Of a stretch of DNA of 30,215 bases, positions 1 to 10,172 are shown piece by piece. The stretch is from a virus (taxonomy: Duplodnaviria > Caudoviricetes). Location: positions 1 to 30,215 of IMG/VR virus record IMGVR_UViG_3300029930_000008, one strand, 5' to 3'. How positions within the stretch are numbered: position 1 is the stretch's first letter; each line of letters opens with the position of its first letter. Below the pieces are notes generated by a model. The model was not told the origin of the DNA, did no database searches, and worked only from the letters and a program-made list of their open reading frames with translations. Both the position numbers and the translations under genes were made by a program.

Positions 1-936
1 AGAACCGCTTTCAATGCGGTACAAAGCCTCTTCACGGTAGCGAGCGAAGCCGAGTACGCCGTACCAACCCATTGGGCGGTGACGCATCAACTTGTCAACT
101 ACTGGTCCGACGACTACGTGTGGCTCTTCTGCCACTGCTTCTGCTAGTGCTTGTGCTCCGCAAATAATTGTGCGGTATACACGTGCTGAAGAAGCACCAT
201 CTGTAGCGTTGTACATACGGTTGGTCTCAACATAGTAAGCACCTTCGTATGTTCCAATTTCTCCTGCCCAGATGCGGTCCTGTGCAGAACCGTATTGGTT
301 AGGAAGCAACCATCCTGCTGAACCTGTCTCAGCACGGAGGTCGTGGGATACCTCTGGGTGGATACCAGCCCAGTATAGGTTGCCCTTACGTCCCTTAGCA
401 TTGTTTGCACGTAACTTAGCAACAGCCTTACGGATGTTGGAAGAAGCAAGGGTTGCAGCAGCAGTAATTGTTGCTGTAGATGTAGCAGTAGAACCTGCGT
501 AGATTACGTTGGTTCCGCCACGAAGTGTGGTCATTGCAACCTTGTCAATTGAATCTGCAAGGTTGTATGCAATGATGTTTGCGATTGCTGGGTCTACATC
601 AGCAAGGCTGAAGAGTTCCAACGCACGGGTTACTAGAACAGCATTACCGTACTCAGCAAGAGTAATTGTCACAGATGTCGGTGTTGAAATTCCGACTGAA
701 TCTGGGTCAGTATCTTCTGTGAGTGCAGTTGTTGCTGCGGTTAGGTCAACATAACGTTGTAGAACAACTGTTGAGCCAGGGATTGCCTGTTGGGCTGGGC
801 GCTTATCTGCAACTGAACGAATGAGTGGTTCAGAGCGTAGCGCAAACTCTAGAAGGCGGTCATATGCCTTCTGAACTAGACCAGCGCCACCAGCGGTACC
901 ACCAGGAGTGGTAGTACTTGAATAGACGTTTGCCAT
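1..936 (-). CDS. Major capsid protein (N4-gp56-like, HK97 fold); runs off the window's left edge
   Basis: Not in the ORF track because no stop lies in the window. Translated by hand from ATG at 936 (SD GGAGGTG at 947-953): MANVYSSTTTPGGTAGGAGLVQKAYDRLLEFALRSEPLIRSVADK...EYGNAV...IHPEVSHDLR...GEIGTYEG...GPVVDKLMRHRPMGWYGVLGFARYREEALYRIESGS. Follows a scaffold-like gene. Confidence 0.9.
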   Translation of the reverse strand, partial: MANVYSSTTTPGGTAGGAGLVQKAYDRLLEFALRSEPLIRSVADKRPAQQAIPGSTVVLQRYVDLTAATTALTEDTDPDSVGISTPTSVTITLAEYGNAVLVTRALELFSLADVDPAIANIIAYNLADSIDKVAMTTLRGGTNVIYAGSTATSTATITAAATLASSNIRKAVAKLRANNAKGRKGNLYWAGIHPEVSHDLRAETGSAGWLLPNQYGSAQDRIWAGEIGTYEGAYYVETNRMYNATDGASSARVYRTIICGAQALAEAVAEEPHVVVGPVVDKLMRHRPMGWYGVLGFARYREEALYRIESGS

Positions 937-971
937 TTTTTTGCGTCACCTCCAGTGACTATGAACGGAAA

Positions 972-1445
972 TTACGATTGCGAACGAAGGAAAGCAAGCA
1001 ACTCTTCAGCACTCTGCGCATTGTCTAATTTCATTGCTAGTTCTTCGCTTCTGTCAGGCATAAGCCCGCTATGTGTAATTACATCTTGCTGGCGTAATGC
1101 TGCAAGATTCTGTTCACGTTGTTCATCTTTAGCCTGCGGTTGATATCCGATTAGGTCTCCATTTTCTTGGAGCCATCCGTCCAGAGATTCCTCTGTTACA
1201 TCATTCAGGTCTTTAAGAATAAGACGTGCAGCCTTAGCGTTAATGCCTTTCTTCTCTAGGACTTCTTTGACGGTTCGCTCACGCTGCACCTTGGATAATG
1301 TCTCAAGTTGCTCAGTAAGTTCCTTAATACGTTTCTCATCTGCTCTCTTGGCTTTCCTTAGTTTCTTAACTAAGTCATCACCAGTCAATTGATGGTCCGG
1401 TATATTTTGGTCTTCGTCGTCGTCATCCCAGTAGTTGTTGCTCAT
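972..1445 (-). CDS. Capsid scaffolding protein (putative)
   Basis: Acidic N-terminus and coiled-coil (LVKKLRKAKRADEKRIKELTEQLE), directly upstream of the capsid gene. ATG 1445 follows SD GAAAGGGTGG. Confidence 0.75.
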   Translation of the reverse strand: MSNNYWDDDDEDQNIPDHQLTGDDLVKKLRKAKRADEKRIKELTEQLETLSKVQRERTVKEVLEKKGINAKAARLILKDLNDVTEESLDGWLQENGDLIGYQPQAKDEQREQNLAALRQQDVITHSGLMPDRSEELAMKLDNAQSAEELLAFLRSQS

Positions 1446-1475
1446 AGCAACCACCCTTTCTATTTGTAGTTAGTC

Positions 1476-1561
1476 GCAAGCCACAGTTCTATCCAGGGGT
1501 AGATAGGCTGGCTCTTGCTACCAGTCTGATACACCGTGTGGGGCTGGTCGGTCCACATCGG
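1476..1561 (-). promoter_or_regulatory. Structured leader of the scaffold/capsid genes (two stem-loops, possible pseudoknot)
   Basis: - strand stems CCGATGTGG/CCACACGG and GCAAG-AGCCAG-CTATCT/GGATAG-CTG-TGGCT-TGC. Confidence 0.55.
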
Positions 1562-1570
1562 GATTCTTAT

Positions 1571-2821
1571 TTAAACGAACTTCTCTTCGGCTAATGCGCC
1601 TTTGGCTGTTCCAGCCCTACCAGAGAATGTTCCTAACTCACGACTAATGAGTTTTTCTCTTGCTCTTTTTGCAGACTCAAGACCAAGAAATGCTTCTTGT
1701 TCACCTGTGGTCTGGGTATATGTAATACCTTCTTGAGCGTAAATATCAGATAACTTTGTAGCCGTTGGCAATACTGAGGCTATACCACGATAGCCTTCTT
1801 GAGCAGACTGTTTAGTTACACCAAACTTAGCCAACTCTTCAGAACGGATTCTATCGGCTAGAAGTCCTTGGGTTAAAGCAGCACCACCAATTTCAGCGCT
1901 AACTACCTTTTCCTGAAGCAATGGTAATACTTCCTTTGGATTCAAGAAGTAAGCAACTAAATCATTATCATTAATACCGTAGTAACCCTCAAAGGCTCTC
2001 CGGGTCATAACGTCAGAATCCTTAACTCTATTTACAGCCAGAATTACTCTATCTTGAAATTCTTTTGCTGATACATCTCCACCAATAATCTGAGCCATCT
2101 TAGCCTGACGAGCAGTTTTATCAGTGCCAAAATAATTTGCTTGTCCGTAGGCTTTTAATGTTTCTGAATATGAGTTCTCAAGGGCTAGATAAGCATCTTC
2201 GCTAATAACATTTAATCCAGCCTTGCGGCGTAACTCATTACCATAAAATCTCTTTTGATATCCAATAGGATTACCAGCAGCATCTCTGTTGTACTTAGGG
2301 TCGGTCTTTAAAAGCAAGGCTGCACGGTTAGGGCTAACGCCTTCTTCCATCATTTGTTGAATCATTGGTGCTAGTTCTTCTAGGTCAAACATTCTAAATG
2401 TCATCTCAATTAAAGCAAAAGCATCTGCTGTCAACATATCTGATTCAGAAGAACTTGAACCATACACAGGAGCAGGTACTGTTATACCTGCAAGTGCTGT
2501 TTCGGCAGCAGTTACTTCACCTTGAATTTTAGTTAACTCTGGTTTTAAAACACTAGTAACCGCTTTAGATTCCGCAATAACAGATTGTGCATTTTTAAAC
2601 GCTTGATTATAAGCCTTGCCTGTAGTTCCAGACTTAAGTGCTTCAATAAAAGCATTTAAACCAGCAGTAACTTTAGGAATAGTAGCAAGTGTTTGCGGAA
2701 TACTTTTTTCAGCAAAAACAGCCTTTGCTTGATTTGCTGCTGTTACTCTAGCCTGAGCAGCATTTCTAGCAGCAATAGCCGCATTAATCTCAGCCTGATT
2801 TAATATTTGCTTATCTCCCAT
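1571..2821 (-). CDS. Putative internal virion (ejection) protein, 416 aa
   Basis: Ala-rich helical ORF, translationally coupled within the virion operon. Function inferred from context. Confidence 0.5.
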   Translation of the reverse strand: MGDKQILNQAEINAAIAARNAAQARVTAANQAKAVFAEKSIPQTLATIPKVTAGLNAFIEALKSGTTGKAYNQAFKNAQSVIAESKAVTSVLKPELTKIQGEVTAAETALAGITVPAPVYGSSSSESDMLTADAFALIEMTFRMFDLEELAPMIQQMMEEGVSPNRAALLLKTDPKYNRDAAGNPIGYQKRFYGNELRRKAGLNVISEDAYLALENSYSETLKAYGQANYFGTDKTARQAKMAQIIGGDVSAKEFQDRVILAVNRVKDSDVMTRRAFEGYYGINDNDLVAYFLNPKEVLPLLQEKVVSAEIGGAALTQGLLADRIRSEELAKFGVTKQSAQEGYRGIASVLPTATKLSDIYAQEGITYTQTTGEQEAFLGLESAKRAREKLISRELGTFSGRAGTAKGALAEEKFV

Positions 2822-4272
2822 TAGGCTACCTCACCAAAGGTTTGAAGGATATTAAGAAGATATGAGGCTGCTTCATCCTTTGTCTCAGGTTGTTGTAGCC
2901 ACATAGCCCGAGTTTCTGGATTAGTCTTAACAAGTTTATCAAAGTCTGCCTCATTCATAGTGCCTTTTTGCCCATTGTTTTTCAAAGCCTGCTGAATCAA
3001 AGGATTATTGACAGTAATAGATGTAGCAGCCATACCAGTAAGTTTTGATAATCTGTTTACAAACGGAGTAGCAATATCATAAGCGCTAATATCATCAGTG
3101 ATTACATCGCTTAGATTGCCATATTTAATCTGGGACAACTTAAGAATCTTATTCTTACTAGAATCCAAGGTTAAACCTTTGCGTAGATTCTCTCCGATAT
3201 AATCAATAGCATCTTGCTGTGTAAGTTCAACGCCATACTTATTAGCATAAGCAATAAGTTCATTAACGCTATCGGCAGCCTTAGCACCACTATTAATAAT
3301 CTTTTCTAGGTTGCTGCCTTTAATTGCTTTACCAGCAATTTTGCCTAGTAATAACAACTTATCCGTCTCACTGACTAGTTCGCCAGTTTCATTTTTGCTT
3401 ATTAATCTGCCTGAAGAATCATAGGTATTAGTAGTTTTAACTACATTTTCTTTTTCTAATTTTCTAAGTTCTAGATAGTAAGCATCTTCTTGTTCTTTGG
3501 TAGCACCGTAGCCAAAGTACTGCATAAAGTATCTATCAAGTTCTTCAGCAGCATCTTGCCGTAAAGTAGTAACAGAATTATAAAAAGGTTCAGAAGTAGG
3601 TTTACCTAGTCCACTATTACTACCTAGATAGTCAGTGAATCCACTTATCTGTTTCTGTCCACCGATAGTTATGCTATCTATTTGTTTAACGGAATAACTG
3701 CGGACAGCATAGGCTAATCCTTTATTAAACTCTTGACTAGAAATATCCTTTGAATCAAAGGTAGCCTTACTAATAAGACCAGAAGCGTACAAAGAAGAAA
3801 ATAATCCATTTATACCACCAGCAGTAGAGTTGGCATCTGACAAGATTTTGTTTCTGATTTTGTCATAATCATTATCTATTAAAACTTCATTGTTACCCTG
3901 AGGGTCTCGTTTAGGGCTTAAATAGATAAATACTTCAAGACCACTTGGGTCATTTACTACAGTCCCACCCTGGCTAGGGTTATAGGTAACTGCCAAACCT
4001 TTACTTAATATTTCTCCCGCAATACCAGTAGGTCCAGTAGGTCTTTTGCCTAAATCTACACCGCCGAAAGTAGGGTTTTCCTTTGCCTGTTTATCATATT
4101 CAACAGGGTCAACACCTAAAGGATAGAAGGCTCCATTTCTCATAAAACCAACTGCTTTTCCACTGGACTTATCAAAAACAACATCAACACTACCTGCTGG
4201 TATGTTTTTATCAATCCCTGGATTTAACACATTGGATATATACGTATTGTCGGGGCGTACTCCACCAGCCAT
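2821..4272 (-). CDS. Putative internal virion (ejection) protein, 483 aa
   Basis: TAATG-coupled to both neighbours in the virion operon. No catalytic motif recognised. Confidence 0.5.
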   Translation of the reverse strand: MAGGVRPDNTYISNVLNPGIDKNIPAGSVDVVFDKSSGKAVGFMRNGAFYPLGVDPVEYDKQAKENPTFGGVDLGKRPTGPTGIAGEILSKGLAVTYNPSQGGTVVNDPSGLEVFIYLSPKRDPQGNNEVLIDNDYDKIRNKILSDANSTAGGINGLFSSLYASGLISKATFDSKDISSQEFNKGLAYAVRSYSVKQIDSITIGGQKQISGFTDYLGSNSGLGKPTSEPFYNSVTTLRQDAAEELDRYFMQYFGYGATKEQEDAYYLELRKLEKENVVKTTNTYDSSGRLISKNETGELVSETDKLLLLGKIAGKAIKGSNLEKIINSGAKAADSVNELIAYANKYGVELTQQDAIDYIGENLRKGLTLDSSKNKILKLSQIKYGNLSDVITDDISAYDIATPFVNRLSKLTGMAATSITVNNPLIQQALKNNGQKGTMNEADFDKLVKTNPETRAMWLQQPETKDEAASYLLNILQTFGEVA

Positions 4273-7200
4273 TAGAATCCTTTCACAAATCTTGTGTAGG
4301 TGTCACGAGAATAGAAATTAAGTATTGACTTAAAAATTGCCCTGTCGGCTTCTTTAATAGTCAAATCACCTTCAATAAAGTCTGCAATCAAAGCCTCAAT
4401 TTCAGCCTTACGCTTGCGCTTTATCTCAGCAAAGTTAACCGATTCCCTTAACTGCGGGTCATTGGCTATATTAATAAAGTTTCTAATTTGTGCTGTCAGA
4501 ACTAGTAACTTACTTCTAGTAGCATCTTGAATTGGTATATCTGCATTGCCTAGCATTTCTTCTAGATTTGCAAACATAACCTGTTCAGTAGCAATCTCAT
4601 TACCTGTGCCTGTAATTGCTGCCTCAAGTAATGGGTTAGAAGCCTTCATAAGATTTCTCTGCTGTGTTGCCCTAGCAATGATTGCAGCACGGGCTGTAAT
4701 ACTAGGAGTATTAGCCAACTGTTCTTTTTCAATACGGGCAATATCATAGTAAGCCTGCTTATCACGGGCTACAGAAACATCCATATAGTACTTCTCAAGG
4801 TCTTTATTCTTAATAAAATCAGCAGCCTCAAGGTAGGCATAACTTGCAGAATCAAACTCTCCGGTATGTGGAGCAAAGATAAATGCTGCCTCACCATAAG
4901 TTTTAACTAGATTCTCATTGGCTATGTACCAATCTTTCATAGCCTTTGTTTTCTGAATTACAACCTGTGTCTGCTTTTCATCACGAGATACTGTATAAAT
5001 TAACTTATTAGGGTTTTGACCTACGAATGTAGCCACAGCCAAGTCATATGGGTCTTCAATATCCCCACCAAATTTCTTAGTTACTGCGTTCACTATGTCA
5101 TAAAACTCAGGACGTAGACCTGTTATACCTACATCTAGTAGGTAGTCAGGCACTCCCTTTGACTCCTGAACAGTTGGAGCAACTGGTGAAAACAGACCTA
5201 AAACAGAACGCATAACCATTATGTTATGTGCTGATATACGAACGTTCTTTAAATATTCAGCCTTTTCTGAAGCAGATGCATCAGGTGCTGGCGGATTGCC
5301 AAACGCTGCATTATAAGCAATAGCCTGCATAGCAGCCGTGCTCTCCTGTCTTGACTTCTCATTGACGGGTAGCGCTGCATATACTCTTTGTAGAGATGCA
5401 GGAACTAAAGCCTTGACTACTGTTATACCTTCACCAATAGTTCCTAGTGCCCAGGTATCTAATTCTTCGCCTAGTTGTTTACCGTATGTTCCAGCCTGTC
5501 CCAAGATGGCTTTCATACCCACAATACCCAAGGCTCCAATTGGTCCTGATAGTGATGGCATACCAGCATCAGGGCTAAATGAAGGGTTAATCAAGCGGAG
5601 TCTAAATGTAAAGTCATCAAATAATGGTTGTTTAAATGCTGAATCACCTAAACCAACAACTCTTGCTGCATTATCTACAGCCTTAAAGATGATGTCATCC
5701 ATTGGCATCATTACATAATCTTCGCCATTGGCATCTGTATAAACTTCACCAGAAGCCTGAAGACCAAGATGTGCTAAACGCATACGGAACATAGCCCGTA
5801 GTTTTACATCTCGGAGACGATAGATACGTCGCCAAAAATCTTCAGTTGCTCTATAAAAACGACCAGTATTGCGGACTGACATTGCAAAATTACTGCGGAT
5901 ATTTGGATTATCCACAAACTTTAATACTTCATCGGCAGCAAACTGCAATCCATATTCAGTAAACTTACGCTCTGTTAACTCAGTAGCATTTTTCTGAATT
6001 AGTTGGTACTCACGCTTGCCAACTTCACGACCACTTGCTGCTATCTGAGACAATCTAGAGTTAATTAATTGATTAACGTGCTGTCTTTCTAGACCTGCAA
6101 GGTTCTTTCTCCAGCGTAGATAGCCAATCATAACTGCAGGCTGGCGGAAGATAGCCATAACCTGACGGTCCATAATGTCCATCATCTCATTGCCTAGTTT
6201 TTTCCAGGCTGCCTCAATATCGGTTATGCCTTCTAGGTCTAAAGTTGTATACATTCTGCCCCGAGGATTCATACCTTTAGTTAAGTCAATGAATTCATCA
6301 GCAGTTACGCTCTGAACAGCCTTATTCCATTTGCCAGAGATATTAATACCCTGTGCTATCTCATCGGCTTCTAAAGTTCTATATGAAGTACGGATTCTAT
6401 CTAGCAATGCTGTATTAAATCCGTCTTTACTTCCGTGGAAAGCCTTGTAATAATCAAGAAGGATACGGTTAATCTGGTCTTTGGCTATATCAATATCATT
6501 CATACCACGGTTACGAAGAACTGTAGTGCGTTGTGACATAGTTAAGAAATCTTTTAGCGCTTCTGCATCATCAATCACATAGCCAAACTTAGGAACAGTA
6601 GCATCTACAAGTTCTTGGCTAACTTTTGCGGCTAGTTTTTCATTACGAACTATACCAACTTGGCGAAGTAAAGTATCTCTAGCCTTGGCAAAATCTGCTG
6701 TAGTCTCTAAAGCATTGTTATCAAAGAAGGCATTGACTGGATGAAATACTCCACGCTCTTTACCATTGATAATTCTAGTGTTACCATAGAAACGACGTAC
6801 CCAGTTTTGATAGTGAACCTTGGCAATTGGGTTATCGCCTAAACTTTGTGCTCTAGCAATCTCATCGGTGCTAAGAACTTTACCGCCTGTGCTTCTAGCA
6901 TCAATTGCTTTTAAGAAATCTTCATAGTTATTTAGACCAATCAATTCCTCTGCAACTTCAGGGGTCTGTCTTGCCGTCAAAGATGCTTTACCAGATACAG
7001 CACGGGCTGAACCTGTTAACAAATGTGTGTGATAAGCAAAGGCTTGCGCCACAAGACGCATCTCTTCATCAGTTAGACGAGATGGAATCATATCGTCAAT
7101 GGCTCTACCGCTAGCCAAAGCATATTCAAAGTTAAATACTGCTTCGTCAGATAGTCCAGTATCTTGAACTACTCTTTCACGAATGGCTTTACGCTGTGGA

Positions 7201-9395
7201 GTATCAAGTAACTCAGATGTTCTCTTACCAAAGATGCCACGGATGCTTTCTTTAACACCTTCAGCAGCCTTACTTCCTGTCCAAGCAGTAGCAAGTCTGC
7301 CCATTCTGTGCCCTTTACGGGCAAAGTATTGAAGAATGTCATTAGCAGGAGCGGTTAGTAAAAAGAAAAAACCTTCATCAATTGCGCTTCGCACACCAAG
7401 ACGAGGGAAAAGCGTAAGGATAGACCAAACGTTTACAAACTCAGAAGTAATTTTACCTTGAGTAGCACCCTTGCCTACCGCAGCAATCAAATCTTTCTTA
7501 GTTTTAATCTCAAATGCAGCCTGTCGTAGCAAGTTATAGTCAAGACTGCTAATTGCTTTAGCCTCTTGGAATGGATGGATAATGCTAGATGATTCATAAA
7601 GCAAATCACCATTATCATTCTTAAGGGCTACGCTATCAATCTCATCAACAAACTTACTTGGAACATCTAAACGGTCAACAATTGCTGCACCTTCAATGTT
7701 GGCAAAATGACTGTCTAAAGTTTTCTGAATAAGTTCACGACCTTTGGCTGTTCCATCTAGCCCATATCGCTGCATAATTGCAGTGTAAAGACTTTTTAGA
7801 ACTGCAACTTGGTCGTTAGCATCTGAGTTAATAAACTTATAAGTAACTAGGTCTGCTAAATCTCTAGGCAAAACCTGACGGGCAGTATCTCTAAATACAT
7901 CTGCAGTCTTAACTGCATCATCGCCCAACATAATATTGCGACCAAATGGTGTCCTACCAACTTGGCGAGCAATCTTTTCTTTACGAGACATTCCTTTATG
8001 GAATGCAAGAATGTCATCCATCAAAGGATGGAATGTTTCATCACCTTTACCTACATTTAGTAGGCTATCCCAGATGTCATCTCCAGCCTGCTGAATCTCA
8101 TCTAGCGAGCCATAAGAAGGATTAAAGAATCTATCAATTGCATTAGCAATTCCGCCTGTCAACATACGTTGATTGCGGGCAGTGGCAATACCATTTCTGA
8201 AGTACTGAGTACCTTCAACTCTACCAGCAAGCATATTGACTGCTGCATCTACATCATCGCTAAAAAACTTTATGGCAGAAGTAGAATCAAAGATTTCATT
8301 TCTATCAAGAAGCCGTAGCCATTCTTCATTGTCGTGTCCACGGTAAGTATCGCCAATCTCTCGGCGAATGGCTGTTTTCTCAGCCTCTGACTTAGCGCCA
8401 TTAAGGCGCTTGACCATTGGACCAATTTCACTATCCCAGTGTTTTGCTACTTCTGGATATTTAGCAAATACATCTTTGACTCCAGTACCGCCATACTTAA
8501 CAATACTTTCAGCCATCTGTTGCCCATTGGCTAGAGCACGAGAACCTAGTATTGGAATCTTTGAAGTACCAAATGTAACCCAAGTTAGTGGGTCAATAGC
8601 AATCTGATAAACAAGATTTATACCAGCAGATACGTTTTTTCCAAAAATCTTTTCTGGCGTAAAATAATCTGTATATAAATTATTGTTACTGCTTGTCGGC
8701 TTCTTCTCAAACATACGAGAAATATCATTGCCAGGATTTACCTGAGCATATTTAACCGCATCAAGAACTGTCTTGAACTCTTCTGGTTTATTAAATGCCT
8801 CTGATAAGGCATCAAGAAGTTTCTGGTCTAGTTGACCATAACCTTCAATAATCTCGCCAGGTTTCTTGCCAGCAATTAAACCCTTTGCTACTTCTACTTT
8901 TTCTTTTCCAAAATAGTTAGCAGCATCGGCTAAAAATTTATTATCAAATACTCTGCGACCATCCCACGCATCAGTAAATGTTTGTTTATTAAATAAGCCT
9001 TCACCTTGGGCAGCCTGTCTAGCAACCAAGTATGGTGTATTGATTATTCGGTTCCAAGCACCTGCTGCTTTGTATAATGCAATTAATGGGCTACCTAAAA
9101 ACTTTGCCGTACCTTTTACAACACCAATTGCTCTATCGCCTATAGTTGGTGGAGTAGCAGCATAGCCAGCATCGGGATAAAGAAACTTGAGCATACCTTG
9201 AACATCTTCATCAAGATTATCAAAAGCCTGCTTTGCCTGTTCATCAGATAGGCGCAACAGTTCTCTGTTCTTTTTGATAGTCCAACTAAACTGCTCAATT
9301 TGTGTTTTCTGAGTATTGTTTAAGTTAGCCTGTGATGCCGCCTTGTAAAGATTAGGACTTACTGTGGCTACAGCATAATTTAATTTCTGAGCCAT
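4272..9395 (-). CDS. Large putative internal virion/DNA-ejection protein, 1707 aa
   Basis: Very large ORF in the structural operon of a phage with no recognisable tape measure in this window, as expected for podoviral core proteins. Confidence 0.55.
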   Translation of the reverse strand: MAQKLNYAVATVSPNLYKAASQANLNNTQKTQIEQFSWTIKKNRELLRLSDEQAKQAFDNLDEDVQGMLKFLYPDAGYAATPPTIGDRAIGVVKGTAKFLGSPLIALYKAAGAWNRIINTPYLVARQAAQGEGLFNKQTFTDAWDGRRVFDNKFLADAANYFGKEKVEVAKGLIAGKKPGEIIEGYGQLDQKLLDALSEAFNKPEEFKTVLDAVKYAQVNPGNDISRMFEKKPTSSNNNLYTDYFTPEKIFGKNVSAGINLVYQIAIDPLTWVTFGTSKIPILGSRALANGQQMAESIVKYGGTGVKDVFAKYPEVAKHWDSEIGPMVKRLNGAKSEAEKTAIRREIGDTYRGHDNEEWLRLLDRNEIFDSTSAIKFFSDDVDAAVNMLAGRVEGTQYFRNGIATARNQRMLTGGIANAIDRFFNPSYGSLDEIQQAGDDIWDSLLNVGKGDETFHPLMDDILAFHKGMSRKEKIARQVGRTPFGRNIMLGDDAVKTADVFRDTARQVLPRDLADLVTYKFINSDANDQVAVLKSLYTAIMQRYGLDGTAKGRELIQKTLDSHFANIEGAAIVDRLDVPSKFVDEIDSVALKNDNGDLLYESSSIIHPFQEAKAISSLDYNLLRQAAFEIKTKKDLIAAVGKGATQGKITSEFVNVWSILTLFPRLGVRSAIDEGFFFLLTAPANDILQYFARKGHRMGRLATAWTGSKAAEGVKESIRGIFGKRTSELLDTPQRKAIRERVVQDTGLSDEAVFNFEYALASGRAIDDMIPSRLTDEEMRLVAQAFAYHTHLLTGSARAVSGKASLTARQTPEVAEELIGLNNYEDFLKAIDARSTGGKVLSTDEIARAQSLGDNPIAKVHYQNWVRRFYGNTRIINGKERGVFHPVNAFFDNNALETTADFAKARDTLLRQVGIVRNEKLAAKVSQELVDATVPKFGYVIDDAEALKDFLTMSQRTTVLRNRGMNDIDIAKDQINRILLDYYKAFHGSKDGFNTALLDRIRTSYRTLEADEIAQGINISGKWNKAVQSVTADEFIDLTKGMNPRGRMYTTLDLEGITDIEAAWKKLGNEMMDIMDRQVMAIFRQPAVMIGYLRWRKNLAGLERQHVNQLINSRLSQIAASGREVGKREYQLIQKNATELTERKFTEYGLQFAADEVLKFVDNPNIRSNFAMSVRNTGRFYRATEDFWRRIYRLRDVKLRAMFRMRLAHLGLQASGEVYTDANGEDYVMMPMDDIIFKAVDNAARVVGLGDSAFKQPLFDDFTFRLRLINPSFSPDAGMPSLSGPIGALGIVGMKAILGQAGTYGKQLGEELDTWALGTIGEGITVVKALVPASLQRVYAALPVNEKSRQESTAAMQAIAYNAAFGNPPAPDASASEKAEYLKNVRISAHNIMVMRSVLGLFSPVAPTVQESKGVPDYLLDVGITGLRPEFYDIVNAVTKKFGGDIEDPYDLAVATFVGQNPNKLIYTVSRDEKQTQVVIQKTKAMKDWYIANENLVKTYGEAAFIFAPHTGEFDSASYAYLEAADFIKNKDLEKYYMDVSVARDKQAYYDIARIEKEQLANTPSITARAAIIARATQQRNLMKASNPLLEAAITGTGNEIATEQVMFANLEEMLGNADIPIQDATRSKLLVLTAQIRNFINIANDPQLRESVNFAEIKRKRKAEIEALIADFIEGDLTIKEADRAIFKSILNFYSRDTYTRFVKGF

Positions 9396-9823
9396 TAGTA
9401 TCCTAAGTCTTTAAGTCTCGCTAATACCAATTCTGTATCACCACTAGGGTCATACTTCGCCATTTGTTCTAAAGTCTGAGTTAATGTTGGTTGTCTATTA
9501 GGAAGCGGAGCCATAACCTCTGGACCACCACCGTTAGGTGTAGCAATTCCAGTTTCAACATTTTCATCTCTACGACGGCTTGGTTCCATTAAACCAATAA
9601 TTTCTTGTTGAGGAATTGCTTTTGTTTGGTCACCAGCCATAGGTGCTTTTGTTTGCGTGTTATATGTTTCGCGTCCCTCACCAAAAGGCAAACCTGGAAT
9701 ATAAGTAGCAGGTTGAGTAGGACTGCCATCTGTTCTGGCAGACAATTCGCCAGGACCTGAAACAACAGCAGGTTGTTCTGGCTTTCTGTAGCCACCACGG
9801 TCACTAGGTTGTGTCATTGACAT
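9395..9823 (-). CDS. Hypothetical Pro/Gly-rich protein, probably virion-associated
   Basis: SD GAAGAGGA; stop overlaps the next start. Confidence 0.6.
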   Translation of the reverse strand: MSMTQPSDRGGYRKPEQPAVVSGPGELSARTDGSPTQPATYIPGLPFGEGRETYNTQTKAPMAGDQTKAIPQQEIIGLMEPSRRRDENVETGIATPNGGGPEVMAPLPNRQPTLTQTLEQMAKYDPSGDTELVLARLKDLGY

Positions 9824-9922
9824 TTAATCGTCCTCTTCATCTTCGTAGATATCATCATCTTCAATATGTGGAGAAGGTAATCCCCAGGCTGGTTCAGGAA
9901 TAATCCGACTAGTCGTCATCAT
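9824..9922 (-). CDS. Small acidic hypothetical peptide (32 aa)
   Basis: MMTTSRIIPEPAWGLPSPHIEDDDIYEDEEDD exactly fills the gap between two genes. Confidence 0.4.
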   Translation of the reverse strand: MMTTSRIIPEPAWGLPSPHIEDDDIYEDEEDD

Positions 9923-10166
9923 CTTCGTCTAACATTTTGCGAATCTCATCTTCATTCGGTGAGCGATACTCAACCCAATTTGGATAAGAAGTTTTATCCA
10001 TAACAAAACTCAATGCTAACTCTGACTTAAATCCTGCTTTTAGTAAAGACCTGTAATATTCATTTAGCCAAATGCAATACATCTCAAGGGCTGTATGTTC
10101 TTCATTCTCTACAGTTCTTGGCTTTCTAGCATTTCTTTTTCTGATAGGTTTTTTTCTTGGGGGCAT
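9909..10166 (-). CDS. Hypothetical protein (basic N-terminus, acidic C-terminus)
   Basis: SD AGGTAGG, directly downstream of the portal gene. Confidence 0.7.
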   Translation of the reverse strand: MPPRKKPIRKRNARKPRTVENEEHTALEMYCIWLNEYYRSLLKAGFKSELALSFVMDKTSYPNWVEYRSPNEDEIRKMLDEDDDD

Positions 10167-10172
10167 ATCAAC

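Noticed and set aside
144-754. ORF-track entries 144-449, 272-502 and 509-754
   Set aside because: Shadow or alternative frames of the capsid gene (936 to <1).
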